Assembly: GCA_963697895.1 (NCBI GenBank)
Contig: OY969100.1
Location: 416,001-480,000 of the forward strand
Length of the DNA stretch: 64,000 nucleotides
Source of the DNA: an uncultured Methanomicrobiales archaeon
GTDB lineage: Archaea; Halobacteriota; Methanomicrobia; Methanomicrobiales; Methanospirillaceae
Reading direction: 5' to 3'
A program made the position numbers and the translations under genes. Below are positions 41,851-51,911 of the stretch, piece after piece; position 1 is the stretch's first letter; every line of letters begins with the position of its first letter. The notes under the pieces were generated by a model that saw nothing but the letters and a program-made list of their open reading frames with translations, was not told the origin of the DNA and ran no database searches.

Positions 41851-42048
41851 TCAGGTCAGAACGATCTTCACCTCTTCCTCCTCAATTGGCTTATCCTGAG
41901 GCAGGCTCATCCCCCGATAGATGATCAGGACCGTATCCGGGATTATCCCGAAGGTCAGGAGTGCGGTTTCATAGGTATCCCCGCTCCTCCCTTCATAGAT
42001 AAGCACCTCACCGCCCGGGACGGTGATCATTTTGCAGCGGACCGTCAT
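41851..42048 (-). CDS. ThiS/MoaD-like beta-grasp small protein lacking C-terminal Gly-Gly
   Basis: GDTYETALLTFGIIPDTVLI...PQDKPIEEEEVKIV pattern. Confidence 0.65.
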   Translation of the reverse strand: MTVRCKMITVPGGEVLIYEGRSGDTYETALLTFGIIPDTVLIIYRGMSLPQDKPIEEEEVKIVLT

Positions 42049-42093
42049 CCGATACCATTATACGAATCCGGAAGAAAAATATGTAGTCCCTGT

Positions 42094-42178
42094 GCCGAGG
42101 TAGTCTAGTCCGGAAAGGCGGTAGCCTCGAAAGCTACTGGTGCTTTGCGCCTCGGGAGTTCAAATCTCCCCCTCGGCG
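42094..42178 (+). tRNA. tRNA-Ser (anticodon CGA)
   Basis: Acceptor stem GCCGAGG/CCTCGGC with discriminator G; anticodon arm GTAGC-CTCGAAA-GCTAC; long variable arm; T-loop GTTCAAATC; no encoded CCA. Confidence 0.96.
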
Positions 42179-42324
42179 TTTTTATTCTTTATTTTCATCC
42201 CGATTGTTCCCTGATTCACCGCCTTCAGTTCGCAGGGGAAGCCCTTCGGACCGATCAAGCAGAAGTTGTTCCGATGGGAAAATTCCCCCCGGTACAAGGT
42301 ATCCCCTGGTATCGTAAAATCCAT

Positions 42325-42951
42325 TCACGCAGAAATATGGAACGAGGAGATCATATGATCAACCGTCGGTTTATAGAGCACCGCCTGGTCGCCCAATAAT
42401 TCAGAGATGAGAATGTAGGTATGATCCGGAGTGGCGACGAACACAAACTGATCAAGAGCGGTCATATTCTGATCTGAAACGATATACTCGAGTTTCCGGG
42501 CAGGATACGATGAAACGGTAATATTCGAGTTTTCCAGAACGGTTACCGTCGCGTTGCCTCCCGTCACAGAATTCAGCTGTTCTTCCGCCATCATATCTAT
42601 CGTCTGTCCCTCGCGGAGAATGGGTTCCTGAACGGAGACAGCAAGTAGTATTCGATCGGAATTATATGGCTTAAAGTATGCATTCGTCAAAAGGAGTGTT
42701 GTATTGTCGGATGCCATGACATCCGACAATGAATAATCCCAGTCTGCGGGGTACTGGATACTCCACCCGGTAACAACATCGGTATACGTAGCGAATGAAA
42801 TACCGGGTGTAGTAGGGGGACCGGTAAGGGTGGGGCTCTGCGTGGGTGTCGAGTTTGGTATTGTCGGGTTCCCGACACAACCGGCGAGCAGTACCAGAGC
42901 AACCATCCCGGTTATCAAAATACATTTTATCTTTACGCCCGATTTGTCCAT
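42325..42951 (-). CDS. PsbP-related lipoprotein
   Basis: LAGC lipobox, P/T linker, WSIQYPADW, C-terminal HMISSFHI. Confidence 0.75.
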   Translation of the reverse strand: MDKSGVKIKCILITGMVALVLLAGCVGNPTIPNSTPTQSPTLTGPPTTPGISFATYTDVVTGWSIQYPADWDYSLSDVMASDNTTLLLTNAYFKPYNSDRILLAVSVQEPILREGQTIDMMAEEQLNSVTGGNATVTVLENSNITVSSYPARKLEYIVSDQNMTALDQFVFVATPDHTYILISELLGDQAVLYKPTVDHMISSFHISA

Positions 42952-43020
42952 ATCAGTTCAACCTCGTTAGTTTACTGTAAGGGCGCCCCTCCCGTTCCAA
43001 TCCGGGAACTAACCCCTGAA

Positions 43021-43230
43021 TCATTCTAAACAGATCTCCCTGACCCTTCCGACACTCCCGTCGATCAACTGCACCTTGATACCGTGGGGATGATACGGGC
43101 TGTTGGTCAGTATTTCTGCTATCCTGCCTTCTGTTAATTTCCCGCTGTGCTGATGGTGTTTCAATACGATCTTCACACGATCCCCCGTGCAGATGTTCTT
43201 TCGTTGCCGGTGATCCGTTTCTTTCGTCAT
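43021..43230 (-). CDS. YwbE (DUF2196) family protein
   Basis: IVLKHHQHSGKLTEG...ILTNSPYHPHGIKV...GRV. Confidence 0.88.
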   Translation of the reverse strand: MTKETDHRQRKNICTGDRVKIVLKHHQHSGKLTEGRIAEILTNSPYHPHGIKVQLIDGSVGRVREICLE

Positions 43231-43527
43231 AGTTTCATACCGCTTCCCGGACTGCAGGAACTATCCTGATTCCTGTTTTTCCTTCTTTCATCCTCAATCC
43301 GGGGAACCCGCCCAATAAACCGTATATCCAATAGGACGGAATTTTGTATCATATATCTGACCTATATTTACTTCAACGTATGCAATGGGACTCAACGAAC
43401 ATAGGCGACAGGCAGCATCGGTAAAAATTCAAGCCAATGACTGGGGATCTTTCAGGTAACCGATGTGCGTATCTCACTGGAGGGCGATAGGTACTCATAA
43501 CCGTTGGTGGAACAACCGCCCCCCTGG

Positions 43528-44611
43528 ATGGAAAAATCTGTGATATCCCTCCGCTATTACCGGATATATGATATCGGCAGGGAGATCGATCTCGACTGGC
43601 TGGAAGGGTCGCTCGCCCGTACATACTTTACCGCCCGAACCAGTTTCATGCGCCTCAAACCAAAGTCTATCATGATCGAGGACCCGCCCCTTCTGATCCG
43701 GATGCAGCCAATCCAGGTGGAGCGGGAAAGCAGGAAATTCGAGTTCACTGCGGTCGCCCGGGTATATGTTATCGGGGCGATCAGACTTTTGTTTTACCCA
43801 CGAAAACGCCGGTGCTGATTTTACCGAACTGGAGGAGATTGCATTCCTCTTTGCCGGGCAGGAAGGGCTCGCCGAATTTTTTGAGCAGTATCTCCAGACG
43901 CTTGCGGATATTTTGAAACCTCATATCCGGAACTTCGCTGTCAACCCGGATTTTTTTGAAGACTATACGATTTACGTGACAGACCGGAAAGGCGATACCA
44001 TCGACCCGGTGCCCCTCCTGATCGGGGAGCGGACACTGGTATCGCCTCAGACCCGTGAAGAGATCACGAAGAACTCGCTCTCGTATACCATGGATGACCT
44101 CGCGGTACTTTCGTGGGACTCAGCACTCCTCTGTGATCAGGAGAGTCCGACCGACCTGATAGATCTTATCGAATTTGCAAATGTTCAGGTCCTCGAGCTG
44201 CGGTATTATGACCGGGAGCTCACCCGCCAGATCGGGAAGATGTACGACGACATGGAGATGGCGGATCAGTCGCCACGGTTTCGCTGGATTCGTCGGATGC
44301 GCCAGTATCACGCGATCATGGCGCACCTGATGGAGAGTACGGCTGAAGTATCGGAGATTACCGAGAAGGTCGACAACCTGATCAAAGTCACCGAGGATGT
44401 CTATTACGCCCGAGTCTATGCGATGGTCCTGAAAGTCCTCCGGAGCGGCCAGTGGAGTGAGAGCGTGAAACGCAAGATAGAATTGATACGTGAGAACTAC
44501 TCCATGCTATCGGGAGAGGTCCGTATACAGCACTCAAACTTCCTGGAATGGGTGATCATTATCCTGATTGCACTCGAATTCGGGTTGACAATCTGGCAGA
44601 GCTTAAAATAA
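43528..44611 (+). CDS. RMD1/DUF155-like protein with C-terminal TM helix (one extra base near 43785)
   Basis: ORFs 43504-43818 and 43766-44611 join after removing A43785; C-terminal LEWVIIILIALEF. Confidence 0.65.
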
Positions 44612-44680
44612 TAGCAGTATATCTTCGGGAAATAAACGATTGCGTTTTGAATCGAGTACGGCACCCTTCCTCCTGTCCAT

Positions 44681-45175
44681 TTATCTTTCGGTCAGATCTT
44701 TCTGCATCCAGACAAGATCGAACGTTTCGCCGAATTTTACCCCTGCCTGGGAAAGTCGCCCGCTTTCCCTGAATCCTGACTTCCGGTGAAATTCGATACT
44801 TGCAGTATTTTTCGAAGAAATATTGGCGATGAGGATAGCAAACCCTTCCTTTTTTGCCCGCGTTGTCAGGGCGTCGAGAAGAAGGGTGCCGACTCCGCTC
44901 CGGGTATACCCCGGGGACACAAAATAGGTCACGGATGCGGTCTTTCGAAATGAAGAAAACGGGAGAAAAGGTTTCAGGATAGCGAAGCCTACGACCTTTC
45001 CGCAGTCTTCCGCAACGGGAAAGGTACGAGAGTTCTCGCGCAGGAAGCCGAAAAAGGACAGAGGAACGGGTTCTTCAGGGTACGCCCCGAACCCATGCCG
45101 AACATAATAATTGAAAATTTCGAGAATCGCGGAATCGTCGCAACCTTCCGCTTCCCGAATCTGAAACCGGGTCAT
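44681..45175 (-). CDS. GNAT acetyltransferase (phosphinothricin acetyltransferase-like)
   Basis: IFNYYV, YTRSGVG, NTASIEFHRKSGF, GVKFG. Confidence 0.9.
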   Translation of the reverse strand: MTRFQIREAEGCDDSAILEIFNYYVRHGFGAYPEEPVPLSFFGFLRENSRTFPVAEDCGKVVGFAILKPFLPFSSFRKTASVTYFVSPGYTRSGVGTLLLDALTTRAKKEGFAILIANISSKNTASIEFHRKSGFRESGRLSQAGVKFGETFDLVWMQKDLTER

Positions 45176-45432
45176 AGTGTTTTTTTCCCTGAGATTTTAT
45201 CGATTGGTGGATCTTCAAGGTATCGCTTAAACCTGGATGAATACACTCTTGGAATCCTCAACCAGGAGGGGATTATCTCATACTTTCAAAAGGGCTACAT
45301 GAGTTAATGCAGGGTGATTCTCAGACTCCCACAATCCTGCGGCAGAAGGATCTGACCTTAAAAATAATTTACAGAATGGGGAAATACATCCCAGAGAAAG
45401 TTCAAAATAGCAAGTGAACGGATATAATATGC

Positions 45433-45930
45433 ATGAATTACCGGATATTTATTATCGCATCAGTCGTTCTCGCTCTGTTCCTGCTCTCTTCAGGGTGCAC
45501 GCAGACACCGGTCACCCCGCCGGGGACGACCGTTCCTACAACAGTACAGACGACAGTCGCCACGCCGGTTCCGACCACCGCTGTCCCGACCACCCCGACC
45601 TGCTCCCTGACCCCGGGACCCATTGATACCATTCCGGATTATGATGAAGTGACGGTCAATGTGGACCGGAATACCGTCTCCATCAACCCGACGATAACCG
45701 TGACGTTCCAGGGAGGAAAAGGGATGAACCACGTCGTCCAGATGAGGGTCCTGGTGACCAAGTCCGACTGCACGACCGAGGGGAAGACGATCAACAAACC
45801 ATCGATGGGCGACGAAATCGTGATCACAGGGACGACCGGGACCGACCGGGTCCAGATCTGGGTAACGATGGCAGATGGCAATACGTACCTGATCTATGAC
45901 CAGGCATTGCCATTCCGGCAATACGGGTAA
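45433..45930 (+). CDS. Lipoprotein with Pro/Thr-rich linker
   Basis: SSGC lipobox, VPTT repeats, LTPGP, FQGGKG. Confidence 0.8.
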   Translation: MNYRIFIIASVVLALFLLSSGCTQTPVTPPGTTVPTTVQTTVATPVPTTAVPTTPTCSLTPGPIDTIPDYDEVTVNVDRNTVSINPTITVTFQGGKGMNHVVQMRVLVTKSDCTTEGKTINKPSMGDEIVITGTTGTDRVQIWVTMADGNTYLIYDQALPFRQYG

Positions 45931-45943
45931 TAATCATATTTTT

Positions 45944-46384
45944 TTATCGCTTGTCATTGCCGTTGGGGAGCGACGGTACACAGATACCGACTCCGTCGAA
46001 TAGCGCAACCATTCGTCCGCCTTCGTTTACCGCCACACGATAAACAGAATTCAGTTCGTTTCCAGTCACCCGTTCCGCAACTGCCTCCAGACGCCCTGTC
46101 GCGGGGGAGATGTACGTGATATGAGCAGAGAGTGCGACCTGGTGCCGCTCTTCGAGATTCGCAGCAATACCAAATGCCTGATCTGCAAGGGCGAAGATAG
46201 CACCACCGTGGGCTGTGCCACCGGGTCCCCGCTTCCCGTCCGTTTCCATCACGACGCGGGAAAACCCCGGGTATGCTTCGGTACATTCCATTCCGAGGAG
46301 CCTCGCCATCTCACTCCGGTTAAAAGACTCCACCTGCATTCTCTGAGCATCGCCCCGGTCTGCCATCCAGTCCTGTTGAGGCAT
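45944..46384 (-). CDS. PaaI-family thioesterase
   Basis: GTAHGGAIFALADQAFGIAAN. Confidence 0.85.
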   Translation of the reverse strand: MPQQDWMADRGDAQRMQVESFNRSEMARLLGMECTEAYPGFSRVVMETDGKRGPGGTAHGGAIFALADQAFGIAANLEERHQVALSAHITYISPATGRLEAVAERVTGNELNSVYRVAVNEGGRMVALFDGVGICVPSLPNGNDKR

Positions 46385-46421
46385 GAGAAAGAAATTGATC
46401 GGGTGAGATTATAGATGGGTA

Positions 46422-47123
46422 TTATTTGTATTCGCGCCTCGTGTAGGTCCGCTTTTCCGAGGAACCACCCTTGGCAACGATATAAGTCCATTCAAACAGC
46501 GATTTGAGAAGGCCGAACTGCTGGTAACGTCTCATGGAGAACCCCATCCAGAGGTGGTTGTCAAACAGTATCCGCCCTATCTTCTTCATCCGGCGGGGAA
46601 TCTCAAGGTCATCGCCTGCATCGACGACCTTATACATACCAGCCTGCAAAAAGGCAACCTTCCGGAATGCCGTATTGGCCCCGAGTGTATAGTAGAAGAT
46701 ATGGGAGTAATATCCAAACCGGGAGAAATTATTGGCAAAGGCAAGAAAAATCCAGTATTTTAAATCTCTTTCGATCGGATATACCGGGCCGTACAGTTGT
46801 ACAACATCTGTATTGTGGTTGAAATCGTCCTGCATCCTTTTAAGCCAGCCGGCTGGTACCACACAGTCTGCATCTGTCGTCGCGATAATATCCCCCTTCG
46901 CCCGCATTGCACCGTCGTTGCGGGCACCCCCGACCCGTCTGCTCGTCTGTATGAATACCAGATCTGCCCACTTTGCCGCTATTTCACGGGTCCGATCCTT
47001 TGAATCCCCGTCCACCACGATTATCTCGTATTCATCGCGGGGGAGGGACTGGTGAGAGAGAGATTCGAGGCAGGCGCCGATATTTGCCTCCTCGTTATAG
47101 GCGGGCACAATTACAGAGATCAT
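46422..47123 (-). CDS. Glycosyltransferase family 2
   Basis: VIVPAYNEE, VDGDSKDRT, TDAD. Confidence 0.92.
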   Translation of the reverse strand: MISVIVPAYNEEANIGACLESLSHQSLPRDEYEIIVVDGDSKDRTREIAAKWADLVFIQTSRRVGGARNDGAMRAKGDIIATTDADCVVPAGWLKRMQDDFNHNTDVVQLYGPVYPIERDLKYWIFLAFANNFSRFGYYSHIFYYTLGANTAFRKVAFLQAGMYKVVDAGDDLEIPRRMKKIGRILFDNHLWMGFSMRRYQQFGLLKSLFEWTYIVAKGGSSEKRTYTRREYK

Positions 47124-48097
47124 GATTCCACCAGTTCGCGGTACAGGGCAAGGTGCCTCGCTGCTGTGGTCTCGATATCGAAATCACGGGTAAATGGTCG
47201 CGCTCCCACTGCAGAACGCCTCAGGTGCTCGCCATCCTCGAGGAGCCGGAGGCTTTCATCACGGTCACTGAAATACAGGATATGATCGTCGAAGATATCC
47301 CGGAACTCCGGGATGTCCCGGGCTACAACCGGGAGCCCGCAGGCGAGTGCCTCAAGGATAACAAGGCCGAATGTTTCGGCATAGGATGGCATGAAGAAGA
47401 TATCTGCGCCATTGTATGCTTTCAGGCTTTCGTCGATGTACCCGGTAAAAATAACGTTATCTCCGCACCTTTTTCTGGTTGCTTTTATCCGCTGATAGTC
47501 TTTCGAGAGAGCGCCATATGGGAGCCCTCCCACCCACACCCAGGTGGTTTCCGGAGACCGGCGGGAGAGCGCAAGAAAGTCGTACAGGCCCTTCCGGGGA
47601 GTCTGTTGAGCAACGGTCAGGATCACCCGGGCGTCCTCGGAAATGTTAAACTGCTCACGGAATGCTGCCCTTTTATCAGGGTCAGGGCGGAAGTACTCGC
47701 GCCTTATTCCGTTCGGAATCAGAGTCACCGGCATATCCGGCACCATTGCTGTCACTTCTTCCAGGCATGGTCTGGAGATGGCAACGATGTGATCGAATTT
47801 CCGGTATATGCGGGGGTAGAATTTGTTGAACGCCCGGAAGCATTTGATATTTCCCTCGTTGATGCGGGGCGTTGAATGGGCGGTGAGTACCTTGATTCCT
47901 TTCGTCATCCTCCGGTGGTTCATCGCAGCCGGTCCGAAGGTATGATAATGGACCACATCGGCACGTTTCCAGTACGACTTCCAGTATACCTCGGCTTCTC
48001 CGGAAGCCGCCAGCTGACGGTACAGGGTCCGCGCAACGGTCGCACAACCGATATATTTCAGGAAGAGCAGATCTTCAACGACAAAGTTAATCCTCAT
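47120..48097 (-). CDS. Glycosyltransferase family 4
   Basis: IPNGI, PRKG, PSYAETFGLVILEALACGLPVV. Confidence 0.92.
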   Translation of the reverse strand: MRINFVVEDLLFLKYIGCATVARTLYRQLAASGEAEVYWKSYWKRADVVHYHTFGPAAMNHRRMTKGIKVLTAHSTPRINEGNIKCFRAFNKFYPRIYRKFDHIVAISRPCLEEVTAMVPDMPVTLIPNGIRREYFRPDPDKRAAFREQFNISEDARVILTVAQQTPRKGLYDFLALSRRSPETTWVWVGGLPYGALSKDYQRIKATRKRCGDNVIFTGYIDESLKAYNGADIFFMPSYAETFGLVILEALACGLPVVARDIPEFRDIFDDHILYFSDRDESLRLLEDGEHLRRSAVGARPFTRDFDIETTAARHLALYRELVES

Positions 48098-49403
48098 GCA
48101 GTGCTCCGGATATACTCAAAAACGCTCCTGATACAACCATCCATGTTCAGATATTCAAACTGGGCAAATCTCCCGACAAGAGGGAGCCCGATCATCCGGG
48201 AGTAATCCCGGATTGTCCGGATGTTCTCGAGATAGTGGAGATCATAGACGACGTACGCATATCGGTTTCGTGCAACCGTGCTATAAACCACGTCCCTGTT
48301 GCTGATGATATCCATACGTTCGAGGGACTTGCAGACGTGATCGACCAGTTCCCGGTCGCTCATTCGCGAGACGGCATCGCCATCATTAAAAGTGATCTCC
48401 GCAAGAATCGCGGAACAGCCGTCAGGTGCCACGTTAACACTATAATTTGACGGAAACGATATCCGGTTCTCGAGACCGTCGGCCTGGTCAGGAATGTACA
48501 TCCATGAAATGGGAGGGACGTCCCGTTTCACCCCGATGCAAACGCAGACGACTGAATTATACCTGAGTGCATCGACCGCAGCCTGCACGCAGACAGGAAC
48601 TGCTGTCAGGCAGGGGAAAAGTTCCTGGAGGGGAATCGTGCATATGCACCGTTCTGCTGTGACTTCACGCATGCCATCCCCGATCACCCAGCCGTCACCG
48701 GATTTTCTGACCGAACTGACCCGGAACCCGGTGGTGATACGGTCCGCGACCGGAGCTGCGATACCCTGGATAAGAGCGGCGATGCCCCCATGCACAGGGT
48801 ATGTGAAGACCGCCTGGTGTGTGTATCCTTCGGTCTCGATACCGATCGCCGACCGGATTACGTCCTCGACCGGAGGGATCGGGACCCTGCCCTCTACCCA
48901 ATGTTTAGACATCCATTCCGTCGGGTAATTCCATATCTTCTCATTGTAGGGGACCATGTATACTTCGGCAATCCCTTTGCCAAATGTATAATATATCCAC
49001 TCCCGGAAGTTCTCCGGGGGGGAAGCTCATGCGTGTCCCGGGCGATCAGCGTCCCGATGAACTCATTGAGGCAGAAGAACAGGTCCTCCTTTGGAAGCCC
49101 GGAAAGGCCGTTCTCGAAGGGATATTTAATATAACGTTTTTTGTAGTAGATTTTTGTGTTCCGGTTTCGCAATTCCTTATTCTCACCAAGCATGTCCTGC
49201 ATGAACCGGAGCACCTCCAAATCCCGGGAGAAGATGATATGGGACCCGCCAGTATCGAAGGTGAATCCCGCCTCTTCATGGGAGCGGCAAAGACCTCCGA
49301 TCTCTTTACCGGCTTCGAGCACCACCACATCTTCCCCTCTTTCATGGAGCAGCCGGGCAAGGGTGAGACCGGTGATGCCGCCGCCAAGGATCGCGGTTGT
49401 CAT
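48094..49403 (-). CDS. FAD-dependent oxidoreductase (protoporphyrinogen oxidase/UDP-galactopyranose mutase-like); one base missing in the run 49016-49022
   Basis: GGGITG, GGLCRS, DTGGSH, PYNEKIW, GRFAQFEYLNMD; two ORFs join at the homopolymer. Confidence 0.85.
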
Positions 49404-49648
49404 TTATTAGGAATAGGTATCCGCGATTTATATCATTCACGATATGCCCTTTCCCCCGGGACTAAAGTCGCTTGTCGGCGGAGAGATGAGCAGCCGGGCT
49501 GAATAGAGTATCTGCGGAATAATTTCGTGCAAGTTTATCTTCTTTGGCTCATCGCTTTTCAAGGGGATAGCTATTAATCGGCCCGGGAAGTACCTGTCGA
49601 TGATGACCGGGAAAAACAGAGAAATCGTTCGGGCCGGAGAGCGGAATC

Positions 49649-50527
49649 ATGGGAGTGGATGAAACCCTGACGGAAGAACCGGAGTTGACACGGGTAACAT
49701 TCTCCAACCTGGACAAGATTCTTTATCCGAAATCCGGCATCACGAAGGGCAGGATGATAGAATATTATATCCGCGCCGCTCCGCGGATGCTTCCGTTTTT
49801 ACGGGACCGGATTCTGGTAATGAACCGGTTTCCTGATGGGGTGAACGGGGAGAGTTTCTACGAGAAGGATGCTCCGGTGGGCACTCCACCGTTTGTGGAT
49901 ACGTTTGTTCAGTATTCACCCACTGCAGACCGTGAGATACACTACATCGTCTGCAATAATCTGGATACGCTGCTCTGGGTGGCGAATCTTGCCTCGATCG
50001 AGAACAACATAACCCTCTCCGGTACGGGATCCTACGAAACACCGGATATGGTATTCTTCGACATCGACCCGGAACCTCCCGCAACTTTCGCCATGGCGAC
50101 CGAAACTGCGCTCCTTGTCAGGGAGTACCTGCACGATCTGGGTCTTCGTCCGTACGTCAAGACTTCAGGAAAGAAAGGGATCCATATCATTATCCCGATA
50201 AAGCCGGGAAGATCCTTTGACGAGACCCGGAAATTTGTCCACCAAGCCGGGATCGTGATCGCCAAACAACGTTCTTTCATCGTATCGGAATTTTCGCGCT
50301 CGACAGAAGCAGGCACAGTTTTCATCGATTATCTCCAGAATGCGCACGGAAGGACGATGATCTGTCCGTACAGCCTGCGGGCTACACAGGAAGCGACGGT
50401 ATCGACCCCCATCGGATGGGACGAGCTCGAAAAGGGCGTGACCCCCCGTGATTTTACCATTGCAACGGTGATCCCCGGAAGGGAGGATCCCTGGAAGGAA
50501 ATATTCGATCACAGACAGGAGATATAG
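49649..50527 (+). CDS. NHEJ primase-polymerase (stand-alone LigD polymerase domain)
   Basis: SNLDKILYP, NRFPDG, FDIDP (DxD), KTSGKKGIH, FIDYLQN, PYSLRA, VSTPIGWDEL. Confidence 0.93.
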   Translation: MGVDETLTEEPELTRVTFSNLDKILYPKSGITKGRMIEYYIRAAPRMLPFLRDRILVMNRFPDGVNGESFYEKDAPVGTPPFVDTFVQYSPTADREIHYIVCNNLDTLLWVANLASIENNITLSGTGSYETPDMVFFDIDPEPPATFAMATETALLVREYLHDLGLRPYVKTSGKKGIHIIIPIKPGRSFDETRKFVHQAGIVIAKQRSFIVSEFSRSTEAGTVFIDYLQNAHGRTMICPYSLRATQEATVSTPIGWDELEKGVTPRDFTIATVIPGREDPWKEIFDHRQEI

Positions 50528-50531
50528 TATT

Positions 50532-51341
50532 ATGAATCCGGGAAAAGATTCCCCTGCTGCAAAGCCAGTGCTTGGCCGCGCAATCTGGAGTGGGACCCTC
50601 TCCATAGGCCTTGTCAATGTATCGGTTTCGCTCCACAAGATGACTGTCGATCATTCATTCTCGTTCCGGCTGCTGCACCGCGAGGACCACCAGCCGGTCC
50701 AGTACGAGCGGATCTGTACCCGGGACGGTGCAATAGTTCCCTGGGAGGAGACCGTCCGGGGGTATGAAGTTAAAAAGGGACACTTTGTTGTCATGGAAAA
50801 AGATGAACTGGATCGCGCGATGCCGGAATCGGACCGGAAGATCCATATCGATAAGTTCGTGTTTTATCTCTCGCTCGACCCGATGTTTTTCAACAGATCG
50901 TACCTGCTCGGCCCGGACCGGGACCCGGAAGCCTATCATCTCTTATGCGCGGCATTCGAGAAACAGGGAAAGGCCGGAGTAGGGAGATTCACATTAAGGA
51001 CCCGTGAATATCCCGCGGTTGTCCATGCCTATAAGGGCGGACTTATCCTCACGACCCTTCGGTATGCCGACGAAGTGCTGGCCCCATCGGCATTCGAAGA
51101 GTTCGCGATGGAAAAGTCAATCCCCAAACGCGATCTGGAACTCGCCACCCGGATCATCGAGGATCTCACCGGCGACTTCGATATTGCCGAGTATCACGAC
51201 CGTGCCCGGGGGAATATTGAGGAGCTGATCAAAAAGAAGATGGCAGGCGAGATCTTCGTTGCCGCAAGACCGAAGGAAGAGGCTCCCCGCGAACTCCGGT
51301 CGGCGCTCGAGGAGACGCTGGCCGAGTTGCAGCATAAGTGA
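50532..51341 (+). CDS. ku: Ku DNA end-binding protein (prokaryotic NHEJ)
   Basis: RAIWSGTLSIGLVNVSV, VRGYE, TTLRYADEV, ALEETL. Confidence 0.93.
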   Translation: MNPGKDSPAAKPVLGRAIWSGTLSIGLVNVSVSLHKMTVDHSFSFRLLHREDHQPVQYERICTRDGAIVPWEETVRGYEVKKGHFVVMEKDELDRAMPESDRKIHIDKFVFYLSLDPMFFNRSYLLGPDRDPEAYHLLCAAFEKQGKAGVGRFTLRTREYPAVVHAYKGGLILTTLRYADEVLAPSAFEEFAMEKSIPKRDLELATRIIEDLTGDFDIAEYHDRARGNIEELIKKKMAGEIFVAARPKEEAPRELRSALEETLAELQHK

Positions 51342-51911
51342 AAATAAGCTTAAAGGGGAACCTCCATCCCCCTTCTATAGAAATCGCAGAACCCGATACA
51401 CCCGGCTGAACGGATCGCATCCAAAATAACCTTGATATAAGGGTAATTTTCTCACTTTTCGTGATCTGGATCCCGTTTTGAAAAAACATTTGAATACGCC
51501 TTTGTCAGATAACGATTAAATCAGTTATTTCATGGAAAAAGAGGATTTAAGAAGAATAAAAGGGTGCTTATTAGCGTGGCAACATTGAGGGGCTTCCTTG
51601 GGATGTATCCTTGGCCGGATGAAGAGGGGATCCTGCCTGCTTGCCACAATAAAAGGCGCAATTATTCGAGGAAGCAACGGAAAATTAATGATCCCCGGTA
51701 AATTCGAGGGGCGGGAGTTATTCGTTGATTTATCCGGAATTATCAGGGTATCCGGGACAGATTTCTCACCGTAAGATCGAATCGGAATATAATAGACGAC
51801 CCGTAACATATCCAAAGGACAGGAATAGGTTGTTATGGTTCGAACAATCATCGGCATGCATGAGAGGCTCTCCAATGAATCCGGAGCGGAACGGGGAGCG
51901 GGGTTCCTTCG

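Noticed and set aside
45505-45600. Short repeats in the lipoprotein gene as a tandem or CRISPR array
   Set aside because: They encode a Pro/Thr-rich linker (VPTT units), with no constant repeat-spacer structure.
51342-51911. 570-nt AT-richer gap between Ku and the sensor gene as a ligase remnant or ncRNA
   Set aside because: No ligase motif, convincing ORF or strong stem-loop recognised; the overlapping ORFs (51525, 51725) look non-coding.
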